The notes under the pieces: model-generated | Told to the model about the DNA's origin: nothing | Database searches by the model: none | What the model saw: only the letters and a program-made list of their open reading frames with translations | Shown: one piece after another, positions 27,130 through 40,987 of the stretch | Layout: each line of letters starts with the position of its first letter | Numbering within the stretch: position 1 is the stretch's first letter | Source of the DNA: Mizuhopecten yessoensis | Lineage: Eukaryota | Assembly: GCF_002113885.1 (NCBI RefSeq) | Contig: NW_018406643.1 | Span: 238,136 to 302,135 of the forward strand | Length of the DNA stretch: 64,000 nucleotides | Direction of reading: 5' to 3' | Program-made: the position numbers and the translations under genes

Positions 27130-27703
27130 CCATTTGAACGTGATGATATCCTGCAACGTGACCTTATGATGTATAAACAAGTCGTAAGATGCACACACTG
27201 CGATCACCATTACACCTTGTTCCTTAGTCAACATACTGGCCGTGGTTAATACAGCCACTAACCCAAACCACACATACTTCTCTCCGCCGTTCCCCACTTC
27301 CCGCTGGTGGACATACTTGATATAAGCCAAGATGGCGAGCAGAAAGAATAGACAGGCTCCCACATCAGCCCGCCCCACCACACCCGCCACCGCCTCCACA
27401 TGGATCGGGTGGCATGCGAACAACAGTCCTGCCGCAATCGTTGGCACGGTATGGCGGAGAAATATCCGTGCAAAATGTGTGAACACTGCGGTCACTACGA
27501 CATGTAACAGGACATTTCCAAGGTGATAACCCCAGGGGTTGAGTTCGCCCAGAAAATAGTTGAGACGGAAAGACAGGACACATAATGGCCGATATGACTT
27601 GTGTGACCCACTGTGCGTCAACGGTGTCCCCCAAAAGTCGTCGTAGATCACGTTGAGTATTGGAGTCTCTGGACGTAGGTCCTGGTTTTTCTGTATGGCA
27701 CGA
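27130..27703 (-). CDS. TMTC2: TMTC2 exon 2 (SRAIQKNQDLRPETP...DFWGTPLTHSGSHKSYRPLC...HPIHVEAVAGVVGRAD...KEQG...ITFKW)
   Basis: Contains the TMTC motifs DFWG, SHKSYRPL, HPIHxEAV and KEQG. Acceptor TTTTGTAG|T, donor TGG|GTAAGT. 574 nt, phase 2 to 0. Confidence 0.97.
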
Positions 27704-30700
27704 CTACAAAAGAACAGAAAACAGTTATAACAAGATTATCAAATTATTACCCAAAAATTTGAATATTCCACAATTTGTGTAACTACATCAAATCAATGAG
27801 TATTTTATGTATTTTTACATGAATTTGAAAAGAGAGATGAAATCATACATCTGTAAGATATCTATACAGACACCATCATACAAGGACCTATATGTAAGTA
27901 ATCCTTCCCTCTATCACTGGACAATACAGCAATAATCTGAAAGCTAGTACACTGTAACTTAACAGTTCACTGCTCAACTATTATGATGTTATAAACATCA
28001 TATACAGACTGCTATTATTAAAATCTTTTTGTGTTCACAGATGTTATCATTGAGTCACATTTTAATGAAGATCACAAAATAGAAAGCTATTATCAAATTA
28101 TCATTATATCAATGACCGTACTAATGCTGTGTGGTAAAAAATGCTGAGGAAAATTGCCATTTTATTATTTTTATTGATCAGCCCACGGACTTACAGAATG
28201 TTGGTCGGTTTGTTACATGAATATTTGTCAGTGAGCGTCAACATTCATTATATTGAATAGCAAAGTATCCAAAAGGCATATTCAAAACATTGATGACCTA
28301 AACATTCTTTTGAAAAGACATTTGTTATTTTTTTATTCAAAATGAAAAATACACGACCAGACTATTATAACCCTTCATGTCTGCGAAACTCAAAACCTAT
28401 GGAATGATATAAGACTGGCTAAAACTCAAAAATTCAAACAGGGGAAACAACTACATCAAAGAAAAGAATGATGTTCACACATCACACGGATTCATTTAAA
28501 GAGGTTTTAAAATCTATTATTGTAAGCTCATCATTTATCATTTATCAAATATATTTAGTATTAACACCAGAGAAAATATCTATTTCTTATCATAGCTAGC
28601 CCTACAAAATATTCACAACAGACTCAGGGGCTAAATGGGGCGGGGCTGATTTGACAATACATTGTGAAAAGCCAATAAGATTTACAGTAATAAACATTTT
28701 ATATAGAATGTGTAACAAAGACAGAGGAGACAAATATCATAAAGAAAAGAATAAAATGTCAAGAAAATTCCAAGCACTTTAAAAAGAAACTTATAAATCA
28801 TAATGGCAACACTTTTCCATTATAAATTATAATTTCTGTTGAAAAATAAGCAAAATTTCAAAATTCACAACAGCAGGTGTACCTTTCAACACCATAAATT
28901 AGTTTTTTATTGAGAAAAGGATGCATTTGGTATGTAATAAAATGCCTAATCCCATGTAGATTATTAACATATCCACTCAAACCTCAATAGGGGACACCGT
29001 GAAATACATGACCACCATTGACCGTTAGAGACAGACAGAAATAAATTGTTTCAACAACAAAGGTATCTACGACGCATCATCTAATTTGAAATTGTAATTC
29101 GTCATAAATTATACCAATATCATATCATAAATGTAATCCCTCGTAAATATTCACAACTCCAACCTCCGAGCTGTCGTAAAATTGGCAGAAGCACAAAAAT
29201 AAACCACAGACTCAGAGACAAATGAAATCTATAGCTACATGTACATGTATGATGGAGGCAAAAGATGCTGAAGTTCTACCAACGTAAAATTTAGGGAATG
29301 AAGATTTAGTGAAAGTTCTGAAATTCAGTCATCCGGAGGATTTAAAGGAGCTTTTTTTCTATTTCAATTTTTAAGTGATATTTAAGTTGTTTTAAAAATT
29401 CATTTGACGTATCATGTTATTTAGTTTTAGACCTCAGAATTATTATAGAGCTTTATTATTATTTTCTATGTTTCGTTGATTCATTCATAACCATCCATCG
29501 TTAAAATGATTTTGACCTTCCAACATCTTATTGATTATATTTTGATAAGTGCCAATAATTTCATCAATTAAATTATGAAATTGTCTACATTGATAATCAT
29601 GCTAATGAAATATCTATCAATAATATAAAATGTGAAACTGGCTTAATTCTTATACAAGTTTTTAATCCATTTTTTGTTTGTTTCTCAGTCCTAGCGTGAT
29701 AGGTACTTTTCAAATATCTATACATTTGATCACATTCATGTTATTACAGTATATAAATGAAAGACCCTTGTTTAAGTCCCTTTAGAGCAATTATATATAT
29801 ATATATTGATTTAGGATAAAAATTACATAAATTCATTAAAAACAATTCCGACACAACATCAATTTACAACCTTATAAAATACTATCTACCCACTGATAAT
29901 GATCAACAAATATTTCCCTGTAGATAATTTTAATTATCTAATATAATCTTTGCTATCTCTGCACACTCATTCTGAGGTGATTATACTTTTCAGTTGACAA
30001 ACTCAACTAAACAAACAGTTGTCGCGGTGGAAATTATAATCCCATTTATATCATATTGTGCACCCAATATGCATGCTGTAAATCCATCCAGGGTCCCAAC
30101 ACAAATACACAGGGTCGAGATATGGGTCCTGTTAACAAATGAAATTAATTATAATGCACCTTAAACATCGCTGACAAGCCCAATTAGGGGAGATTCTAGA
30201 AACACAGGAAACCTTAATTTTTAATGGTGATCTACCAGTGCACTACTTGCACCTCATTCAATGGTATCTGGTTTCATATGCTAGGCCGTCCACACAAAGC
30301 GCAGGGTAATTACGAGGCGTAATTAGGGACCCATTCTGGTCACCAGATCCTAACAGAAGTTAATATCTCCCGTAAAATCAGCCGACTTTTTGAATATGTT
30401 ATTTAAAAGGATGGAACCAAGTGATAGTGATTCTCCCTTTACCTTAACGATGTAAATGGCCGTCTCCACCCCATGTCACCAACGTCCCCACCTCACGTCA
30501 CCCACTCTATGATCACTCAGTACAAGGTAAATCATGATCAATCTATTACCTGTCAATACCATGGTCTATATATGTAACTTACATTCAAATTCAAGTGTTT
30601 TCTCTAGTTTTAAAAAGAAAAGAGCGAGGGAATTGGTTGTGCTTTATAGGAAGGATTTTATAACATAGAGTGGTTGGGGTACGATCCTTTGCTCTCAAGA

Positions 30701-30810
30701 GAAAACATGGAATATAAGTGAATAAACTCGGAACTCATTTTTGACCCCTTTTTCAGGGACTACATGTACAATATTCATATGTGTATATTTCTAGTATTAA
30801 TATATAAATA

Positions 30811-30912
30811 AACTAGAAAATGTCTGTAAGACATAAATGCCCCCAGTCATGGATAGGACGCGACGGACATGGGCAACACTTTATGCCCCCCATTTTATGA
30901 CGGGGGCATAAA
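30811..30912. mobile_element. Minimal (102-bp) HINE-like element
   Basis: AACTAGA, ATGTCT-GTA-AGACAT palindrome, subTIR ATGCCCCC, GACG remnant, terminal hairpin TTATGCCCCC...GGGGGCATAA. Confidence 0.8.
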
Positions 30913-33179
30913 TATCTCCATATTTACCTGTCATTAGCCTACATTTTATATTATATTCCCCATCCCATCCCCTTTGATTTTAATGATGTAAGTAATTTCT
31001 GGAAACAAGAACTTCTCTCCTTGCTGCTAGCCTTGCATATAGTTGAAATTTGAATTTTTATACAAGACCAGTGCCATATTTGTAATAATTAGCACCCACC
31101 ATTCCTGAAATCATAAAGGGTCCAAACTATACCCCTTTTATGCTTTTGTGAATGATACCTGTTCCGCAATAAAATATGTCAATATAAATCTTATTTCAAA
31201 AACTGAATATCAACCTTTCACAAAACTGATGTAGATAGGAGAACACAGGTTGATAGTATGTATTCACATTGAAATTCAATTATATTCAAATACAGTACTG
31301 AACAAACCTTGGTTAGTGCCTCGTTAAGCTTATATGACAAAGGTAAACTCTGGCTCACTCAGAAATCTTTCAAGCACCCATCAGCTACTTATTTTTTTGC
31401 AATTTAATGTTCTTTGCTAAATAAAATTTCTTCTGAACATGTTAGCTAACTTTATGATGATGCAAGTGACCTATATACACGCAAGAATAAATATGTCGAA
31501 GTCTTTGAAGATTGTGCTCACTACCAGAGCAATTTTGTAAAATTAAATATTACAAAGCAGGCGTGTTGATATCTAGAAACCTGATGTATTAAGCTTCATT
31601 TTAATGAATGACCCAGGGTCACATTGCCGATAGAATAGAGTACAAAAGCATACACAGGAATACCTTGTTTGGTATTGAGTTTATTGAAAAACTGCTTGAA
31701 ACTCAACCACAAAGGGAAACACCATTGAAACGGAAACCTTGTGTCAACATGGTAGATGTTACACAACTCGCCTTTATAAAATCTATACGGGGCCAGGCTG
31801 ACTGTAGGAGCACAGGTTCAATATATTACTGTCCCTGATCACTTACCACAGGTGTACAAGATTATAACCTGGCGAGCTATTCCTAACAAGTTTCATTAGC
31901 TAGGTAACACTGGTTCAGGTAGATTTTAAATCTCTGACGTTTTTTCATCGTTCGGGGGAGGGGGGGAGTAAATATTGAATTCAAAGCGGTCGCCATTCGA
32001 TTATATTCACACAAAATTTATATTGAATTTTTTTTCCGTATAAATTTTCCAAATAACGATTTTTTTAAACTTTGACTTCAGTAATTTTGTAGATTGCTAC
32101 AGAAAACTTGGTTCAGGTGAGTATGCAAAAAGTCTCCAATAGGTCAGAGGTCATGAGAAACGTCAGTGCACCTTATGTATAAATAAGCTACTTAAAAAGA
32201 TTTTTTCTCCACTAAAGCTAGGATACCGAGCAGCTAATAGTGTCAATTAAAGACTGAATAGTGTAACCCAGTCATGGTAAACTTGATGCACTGCTGACCT
32301 TAAAATCTTTAAACACACGGGTGAAGTTCACTTTTACCTGACAGGTACATAACACTCTTAACCTCTGAAGTGAGATTGCCTACATTTAGAATGTATATTT
32401 ATTATTCACATATTATTTATATAAAATTGTCTACCCTGTATGTTCCAATGCCCTGGAAATATGAATATGGCAGGGATGCAGTGGAATTGCCCAAACAACC
32501 ACATGCAGGTGAGGGGTGAGGTGCCCAGGTGTGTGTTGTATCTCCAATGAAGAACACATCCAATTTGTTTGACATTTTTCTGATTTGGAGTTGTTTGCCA
32601 ATTTACTTTCATTTTATGTATATAACAAAGAGTTATATACACACATACATATTCATTGTATTTCCTTTTACAAATAACTTCTCTGCCACAGGGATTCAAA
32701 CCCAGGATCTAGTGATTTGTATGAATATACAGAAAATGATTTATACATTAACACAAAAAAACTGTATACAGTAAAAAAAAAAAGAGGTGGGATTTCATGT
32801 TTCTTTTTAAATATATAATTTGTATGAACAAAGCACCTGTCTTCAAGGTTTAATGTGTAATGTACAAGATGTACATATACATGTAGTAGCTATAAGTATT
32901 TGTCTGAAATTCTAGCAATGGAGATAAAAACTAAATTCTGGTCTAGATGTAACAGTGACATGGAAATCTGAAGTATTTGGTATGAGATTTGTAAACCCTC
33001 TAGACTAAGATTCCCAGCAACTCCTGTTACTCCAACCCTTGACAACTAGTGATGCACCTTTCCCTTGATACAGTGTGCAGACCAGCAATCACATTACTCG
33101 GTCTCAATGCCTGACCTGTAGATATTAACTCCGGGCACAAGTCATCAAAACGTTCCTTAATCTGGACCCTATAACAAGA

Positions 33180-33730
33180 CGGGCATATGTCAAGAAGAAT
33201 TTACTCAATAGATCTAAATCTGAGTCATTCACTTGGAATAATATACACAGGGGCCTGAGTCGAGAAGAATTCACTCTGGGAAAAGTGCCTGAAAGAATTC
33301 ACCTGGCGCAATTGTACACAGGGGCCTGTGTCAAGAAGAATTTACAAAGAACAAAGTATTCAGCTGTGTACCACGAACCATTCACCTGGGAAAAGGTACA
33401 GTGTCCTGTGAGGAAGTGCAGCTGCTGTATAAAGAGTTGTTCACTCAATGGCCTGTGTCATAAAACAAATACCAGTGCAGATACTCAGAAGCCTGTGTTA
33501 TAAAACATATACTTCTGGGCCTGTTTCATCAAACATATCTCAAGCCCCTGCATCAAGAACTATTCATTCAAGAGCCATTAACCTTTTCACCCCTATGTAA
33601 CCTGAGTAGACTCTACCATTCATTGATATGGATGAGTCTATTATGGTCTACAGTGGTGAAAGGGTAAATGTGTCAAGAAACATTCACTTACAAGCTTTTG
33701 AAGAACCACGAACGCAGGGGCCCGTGACAC
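33180..33730. repeat. Degenerate repeat cluster (GGGCCTGTGTCAAGAAGAATT-like)
   Basis: The motif recurs roughly 8-10 times with irregular spacing. Confidence 0.6.
33578..33668 (+). mobile_element. TTAA MITE subfamily C
   Basis: TTAA-CCTTTTCACC...GGTGAAAGGG-TAAA, 91 bp; second copy at 53488. Confidence 0.85.
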
Positions 33731-36513
33731 ATGTAAAACAACAATACCGGTATAAACAAATATCGACAGCAGTGCATCATGCAGTTTGTTTCCTGTATAG
33801 CCAACAAGAATGCAGCTCACCAGTGCTGATTAACATTGATTAGACAATCTATTGCCTCATTTTAAATCTCAATTTACAGACAATCATCTCTAGTATCAGC
33901 GTTTTACTAATAACCTCACAGTCTATAGCATGCAAACAGTGGCTTTGGGGAAATCTTCAGGTCACTGATGATATTTCCCGAAGATTTGGAAATGACTTCC
34001 AAATATTAAATCTTGCACATAACAAGTAATACGTTCCAGCAACTTAACCAAGAAGTCATCTCGGAACTATTTTAATACAAAAAATAATGATCCCCTCTAC
34101 ATTATGGCCAACAACATCCTTTCCCTGAACAACAATCAATTTAGAATGATGATATGTTTGACAGTCTGAAGAGCTTTAAGCTGCAAACATATCCTGTTTG
34201 CTTTTAAAACCCTTCAAATTATTCTTTCGCTTTATTTAAAAACCCACTGCTATATCGCTAATGAACCCTTGGACCTCTAGCTATACTATTTATGTAGATA
34301 TCTAGATACAGACAAGAAGTCTATCCTGAATATATTTTCATACAAACGTCCAGCCCTGTAAAGAGGATGCTTGGTCGGAGACCTCTATATAGCCCCTTCA
34401 GGAATGTGTCTGCCCCAGTGTATATAGACATAAATGATACACAAGGCCCCTACGCAAAGATGGCCAACCCCTTTACACAGAGTCGTGTTTGGATGTTTGT
34501 TATCCTCCAGCAATCTTATACCATACAAACATGGCTGACTTGTGTCAACACCGTCTTAGATCCACTTCACCTCGGGCCATGTTCCCGGGTTTTTTAGGTG
34601 AAGACCTAAAGTCTGTATCTCAACAATGTTTGTCTTGGTACCACAGTCATTGAGTCTGGGTCGAAAGACTGTTTGTACTGGTCATTCAATCTGGGTTCAC
34701 TGGTTGACATTAGAAAAGGATTTGCCAAAAACCAATATTATCAGACTCTTCACGTTCATCCCATTTCCTGTCAGTCATCCCCCAAAACAACCAAATAGGG
34801 CAAAGAATTAATCTTGTCTTCCAAACTAGAGTCACAATGTCGATGGCTGCTAATATAGACTTTATTTTGATATGCTGAAGTGAGTGACTGGGGGTATCAG
34901 CAACCTTAAATGGAATTTGTTCCAATCAGATATCATGCACATAATTGTCAGAGAAATTCACTCTGCCTTAAAATGGTAATTACGTTGTTAATGAAATCCC
35001 TGTAGAGGTATTGCATTGTCTACAATACTGTGACAGACTCATTCAAGTCGAGCTCCACAAAGCCTTATCAGATCACGTAACGTTTTTTAGCTTTCAAATT
35101 CCCAAAAATTTTTGCAGTTCGTAACTAAAAAGACATCACAAGGGCTCAACATGATCCTGTGAAGACAACCAACTCAAATTGTAATTACCTTCATCTTTAT
35201 AATTTCGGAAGTAATTTCATATCAAAATTTCAATTTTTGATTTGTTAAGCTAACAAAAGTACGGAAAACTGGCATGTGCACGATGTCTGGTCCATATGGA
35301 TCAGTGGCTAATCTATTGGGTAATTAAAACGGCAGTAAACAATGCAAGGTATTGTCACAACCTGCAGCGTTTAATTCAAGACTCTGTTGCATGAAGCTAC
35401 CTTTTAATTACTGATATTGTTAGGTTCGTTCTGAATCTGGGATGTTTCCTCAGCATTAAAACTCTAAATTAATACATCGATCATTGGATTCAAAATAACC
35501 ATAAATCTTGAAATACTTTTTATTTAAAAAAAATAAGAATTCAACATTTGACTTTAAAGACGTCATTATTGAATTTATACAACATTTAGACCATGCTTTG
35601 TAATAAGCCCACCCATATCTATTGCAGCTCATTAGAAATACTAACCAATGTTATTTTGTTGTTCGGTAATAAGCCCACCAATATTGACTGCCAAACACCA
35701 AACAACTGTTACATCATTGTCCAGTAATAAGTCCGCCTTTATATATACGGAGGTTCTGTAGAAATCCTGACAAATGCTGTTTCATTGTCCTGTAGTACTG
35801 TACACTTTGAGTTATATTAGAGATTATACATGTATGGGTTGGCCCCCCTGGGCATATCAAACAATAAATATGATAAGCTAATGAAGTTATAACAGAAGGA
35901 ATTAGAGAGATAATACATATGATGTAGGTTGTAAAGAGTTTAATTTTGTTACACCACCATAAAATGGTTTAAGTATCCGCAATCAACTTATCTACAGAAA
36001 ACATATGCCAAACTTAAAGCTTAGATCCATGGTATTGCGGTATGTTGCCATGCACCAAATCTTAAAAATAAAGGGTTAGTTCCTTCAGCTATGACTCAAT
36101 TAACTAATAACCACTACAATGCTTCACAATTTTACATTTATCAAGTAGTGTTTGGAGTAGGTCTTTTTTAATGACGAAAGTAACTATTTTGATTTTTTGT
36201 CTAATGTTGTGTCTATCACAAGTTGCCCTTCCTGACCTTTTCAACTTTCCCTCAAAATTTACAAATCTAAAAATTTACATTAAGTGCATAAAATTCAGCT
36301 TTTGCTATTTCTCTGTGTTATATTGTATTACACATGTGTAAAACAGAAATTTTGGAACCAAGAAAATTTCCAGAGACAAACACTGTATTTGAAGTGAAGA
36401 CTGTAACATAAACATTTTGATTACTCACTTTGACTGTACATTTTAATAATTCATGATGAAATATTTACCACCCTATGGCATTGCAACTTAAATATAACTC
36501 TACCCAATTCATT

Positions 36514-36868
36514 TGGCATTCATATAGGCTATGAATGCCATGGACCGATTGTTGAGGTCATAATTGTTACGTTGGATACCACAGACCCTCCCTGGGCGAT
36601 GGCTGCTCTATTCATTGAACAAGCATACACGATACATGCATTATTTTAACTAAATGCTGAAAAATAACATGTGTAATTGATATATTTTTAGAAGATTAAC
36701 AGTTTCCAAAAATGGTAAATATAAGTATTGAACTGCTTTCAGTTGGCATTCATAGGCAAAATGAATTCCAACTGGACAAAGGCAAATCCAACATGAAGCG
36801 CTAGTGTGCTTCATTGAATTCACCTTTGTCCAGTTGGCATTCAATATTGCCTATGAATGTCAACTGAA
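36514..36868. repeat. Nested-palindrome element (three TGGCATTCATA-spacer-TATGAATGCCA modules)
   Basis: Modules at 36514-36540, 36740-36774 and 36831-36866; the last two form the arms of a 131-bp inverted repeat. Confidence 0.8.
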
Positions 36869-39800
36869 TGCTTATAAAATCAATGCTTATAAATCAACGA
36901 TTTTCAAAACTTAAAAATGAATTGAATATGCAGAAGACCGAGGAATTGTAACTGTACAACGTGTATCATGCAAGTAAGTAACCTGAGGTCCGTAATATTT
37001 TCCATTAACTTAATGCTTTTACTATGGGAAAGTGAAATTATAAGGAAAAATCTTCAGTGTACGTATCATGAAACTGAAGCTATACAGCTGCAAGACAGTC
37101 TGTTTCCTGTTGGCTCTCTGGGTAGGCTGTGGGCCTTTAGCCATATATGGTCATCAAAACCAAAATTTTGTGGCAACTTTTCTGGCAAAACTGTTACCAG
37201 GGTATATGATGAATTTTCAACATTTGATAAAGATACAGCAAAGCATATGTTTTAGTGACCATCAACTTTTGTAGAATGGTAATTATTTTCATTAACATGA
37301 GTTCTCACTTAATAAAACAAGAGCTTGGTTCCAGACAGCTTTACCAGGTTCGGATGGTGATGGTACAATTGTCCCCTATAGTGTACAAATTACAGCAGAT
37401 TCCTGAAAACATAACAGTCTCTCCTGAGCTTTATCCCGTTGACGACATTATATGCTGCACAGCTACGATAATGTCAACTAGGCATCGTCAACAACCTCGT
37501 ATGTCTCTATCGATGGCCCTTAGGCGCCTGCCCCGTGGGCAATTGTGCCATGCACATGCAGCACCTGTACAAACACCAGTGTGCGATGACAACATATGTT
37601 TCATCCACTTGTCATGTTACAAGGCATCAAGGGATTCGCAGCATAAATATTTCAATAGGCCTAATATTCCACTGGCATTTTAGTCAACATGCTAATGGAA
37701 AAATAATCACGTCCAATAAAGGGAAATGCAATTGACGAATTGTGTTTGTATGACATCAGGACACACAACACGACCCTCGAGTGCTACCACCTAAACGAAG
37801 TTATAGTCTCGCTTCGAATACGTATAAAATCAATAGAAGAGTAATCTGAAAACATATTTCCAAGTCTTATCTCCAGAAAGAGAGAAAATGTCCTTATCAC
37901 ATGACAAAATACAGAAATTCAAATGTGAAGTTTTCTAATTATCTGTCAAGATGAAATTTAAAACATTTTAATGCTGTAGTTTCCAATTATCTCCCTTGGT
38001 CTCGGGCACAGATTGTACCTAATTTGATTACAACCTCATTCATGATTCAAAAGTCCCATTACCACCTCAGAACACCGCCAGTATAAAAGTGCATCTTCAT
38101 TAAAGATGTAATGGGAAACGCAGATGTTTGGCTTGGGATTCGTGGTAGTTCTATATTCTTGAATCTGTATTCTCTTATCTGGTAAAATGTTTAATCATCA
38201 GAACAAATTATCATATACTATAAGATTTCTTTATTGAATGGTGCAGTCTTTTTCTTTTAAACCTGTTGTTCATATTGTAAACAATCCTATTGATTCCTTT
38301 ATTAGATTTTTAAACAAAAATGTTGACATCAAGACTTATTGTAGCAGAAATTATATTATAAAGAACCAGTATTATAAAGAAATGCTACAAAAAGTAGTGT
38401 TGATCAAATGTACCTTAAATGAAAAATTAATATTCATATATCAAAATATGATGTCAAAATTAATTAAATCAACTGCAAGTCCCTGACAGGTATGCAAGTG
38501 AGTAGCTGTCAAATCTTTATATACATAATATGCTATATGTCACATGTTGAAAAGAAATTAAATTGAACTTCAATGTCACACATAATGTCATTACTTATCA
38601 AATGACGTCACAACTAACCACTTGAAGCTAACCTGGAACATGCATATTTGAGTTCTGAAGTGCTTTCATTTTCCATGCATTTATTATAGAACTTAATATG
38701 AATGGCAAGTTGAAATGACAAATTCTGACAAAATGCACTTTATGTTTCCAGTTAATTGCTATTCATTTATGGATTGAAATGCATATTCTGAACATTTATA
38801 TAATTATGAAAGTATGAAACCCAGTTACTTAAAAATGTAGTCTAAAATAAATGTGTATATTTACATCACAAAGTGTTATTGTACTTTTATTGTGATAGAC
38901 TGTAATTCTCTGTAATTCTCTTGTTTATAAATTCTATTTGTAATTTCCCATTAAAGTGAATCCTCTATCTTTCTTACTCTGGTGTATTCTATTACCCCAG
39001 GTATCTATCATAGAGAGCAGTTAGGTCTATACATTCAGTGGTTTTACATTATCATCCATCAATTTTATGTTCTTATGACTACATATAAAAAGTCAGAAAG
39101 ATTCATATTTATCTTGAAATTTCACTGCTCAAGCTGAACTTTTAAAAATTTGAACAACATCTCAATGTCCATGAACTAGGCATAATAAAAGTTTGGAACA
39201 TCAAAAACATGTTGCCGTATGGGAGTCTTCCAAATGTTTATAAATTTAAACATGCTCTATCTTGTCAAAATCTACTTCAAACAGGATTATGAGAAATCAC
39301 ACAAAAATTCCAAAACTTTTACACAACTCAGATGTAGTTTTTTTCTCATTTTTATTTGTCATGATGTTGTTTTATCTTGACAATTAAATTCAATTAAAAC
39401 CACAAAAATTCTTATAAATTTATCTGATATCATATTTAATCACACCACTGAACAGAGTCTATTTTAACAACTCCAGAAATCCTTTTAAATGTAACGACTT
39501 GAAAAGTCTTACACTGTATAACATAATAAATTACCCATTTTGTCAAAGGTAAAGTAAATTTTCAAACAGTATTATGCACATCTTCATTTAATCTTAGAAC
39601 TTATAGTGGTTCCGAATGATTAAATAAAATGAAATAGGATCAAGAACCATGATTTTTCATGAAGTCATGCAACATTGCCAGTAATATATAACCATTAGAC
39701 TTTAAAATTGTTCCAATTTTTAAATTTTGGAAAAGCAATATCATCATAATGTCCCGGTAATTTTGAGAAATGAGTGAAGATAGCTGTCTGTAATTTCAAT

Positions 39801-40293
39801 TTAATTTTTATTAGTCAGCACAAACCCACAAGATTTCAACAGAGACGAGATAGACATAGGAGTTTTATGATCAGAACACACATGAATCTCTTACTAAAAT
39901 CTCTACTTTGTAATTGACAAAGACTTAAGGATGTTCCTGTTTAGACAATATTTGATTCCTAACATTTAAACCTTAGTAGTACAAACAATGTATAAACGAC
40001 CCTATTACAAATATGTTTGCTAAACGTATACAGGAGAAATGGATGTGAATACATGTTTAAAATAAGCCGGAGACAGACAAGTTTTCCTTTAGTTTCAATT
40101 AAAACGTGATAGCCCTATTATTTGAACCCTGTGTTTAAACTCTGCAAACATTGAAAGTTGTCCTTGAAACAAAAGTCAGATTCGAAAGGTCAAACGGTAA
40201 TACCTGGCGGATTAATTTGCCTATCCAGGGAAGCTATGACATGGCAGTCTACACAGGCCCCTCATGGAGAGACCACAACATTCGGATAAATTC

Positions 40294-40306
40294 AGGTCAA
40301 AGGTCA
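40294..40306 (+). promoter_or_regulatory. Perfect nuclear-receptor DR1 element AGGTCA-A-AGGTCA
   Basis: Exact consensus match with further half-sites and an ATCAAAG nearby; function unproven. Confidence 0.35.
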
Positions 40307-40758
40307 GCATGTCAAAGGATCAAAGGACACTTGTACCTGTCAACTTCCTTAAGGTTTTCTAGGGCAGAAAATGTATCTTTCTTTAAAACATTAAAAAGTT
40401 TAAAACTTCAGCTCTCTTCATGTTAAAATTTCGAGCTAAGCTTTCTACATGCAGGCCTTGAAGGTTTACTTTTCTGTTCAAACTTATTTCCTCTATATTC
40501 TTACAAAGGTAGTCCTAGTTTTCAAGCCTTTTTAGGGTGTTGAAATATATTTAAATCATTCTCTCTGAAATTACGTTACAGATAAATATGACGTAACTGA
40601 TCATGACATCATGTCAGGTAGCACAGTGAATAACTGCTTTATCATCAACAGGTCTAGGTACTGAATCCCTATGTAGGTGTTCTTGTGAAAAAGAAAGTTA
40701 AAATAAATGCACTTCTTTCATGTTCTTTGCTGAAAGGTTAATGTGCAAGTAAACCAAA

Positions 40759-40987
40759 GTCAGATGGTGCAGTGGAAAGCGCACTTGCCTTTCACCAAGG
40801 CGCCTGGGGTTCGATTCCCCGATCGGACATGAAAAGGTTGGGGTCACCCACCCGACCACGTGGGTTTTTCTCCGGGTACTCCAGTTTCCTCCCAGACTCA
40901 GAGCCCCCCACACACTAACAACCGGGCCAACAAGAGTGATTAATATAAGTTGAAATAACTTGTTTCGTAATTGTTGTTAAATAAATA
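40759..40987 (+). mobile_element. V-domain tRNA SINE, family 1 (well preserved)
   Basis: A box TGGTGCAGTGG, B box GGTTCGATTCC, V core GGGTTTTTCTCCGGGTACTCCAGTTTCCTCCCA, tail shared with the 46981 copy. Confidence 0.9.

Noticed and set aside
27025-27651. 208-aa ORF and the overlapping alternative-frame or antisense ORFs
   Set aside because: This is TMTC2 exon 2 with intron read-through; the others are shadows of GC-richer coding sequence.
34150-34193. Hairpin starting TGATATGTTTGA (miR-190-like)
   Set aside because: Only about 12 nt match and the 44-nt hairpin is too short for a pre-miRNA.
35355-35375. TCACAACCTGC (miR-67/307-like 5' end)
   Set aside because: The match stops after about 11 nt and I see no complementary arm.
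37255-37683. 142-aa plus-strand ORF
   Set aside because: Non-ATG start, no recognisable domain or splice context; more likely non-coding sequence.
40759-40830. tRNA gene
   Set aside because: The A/B boxes run directly into a V-domain body and a tail shared with other copies, so this is a SINE head.
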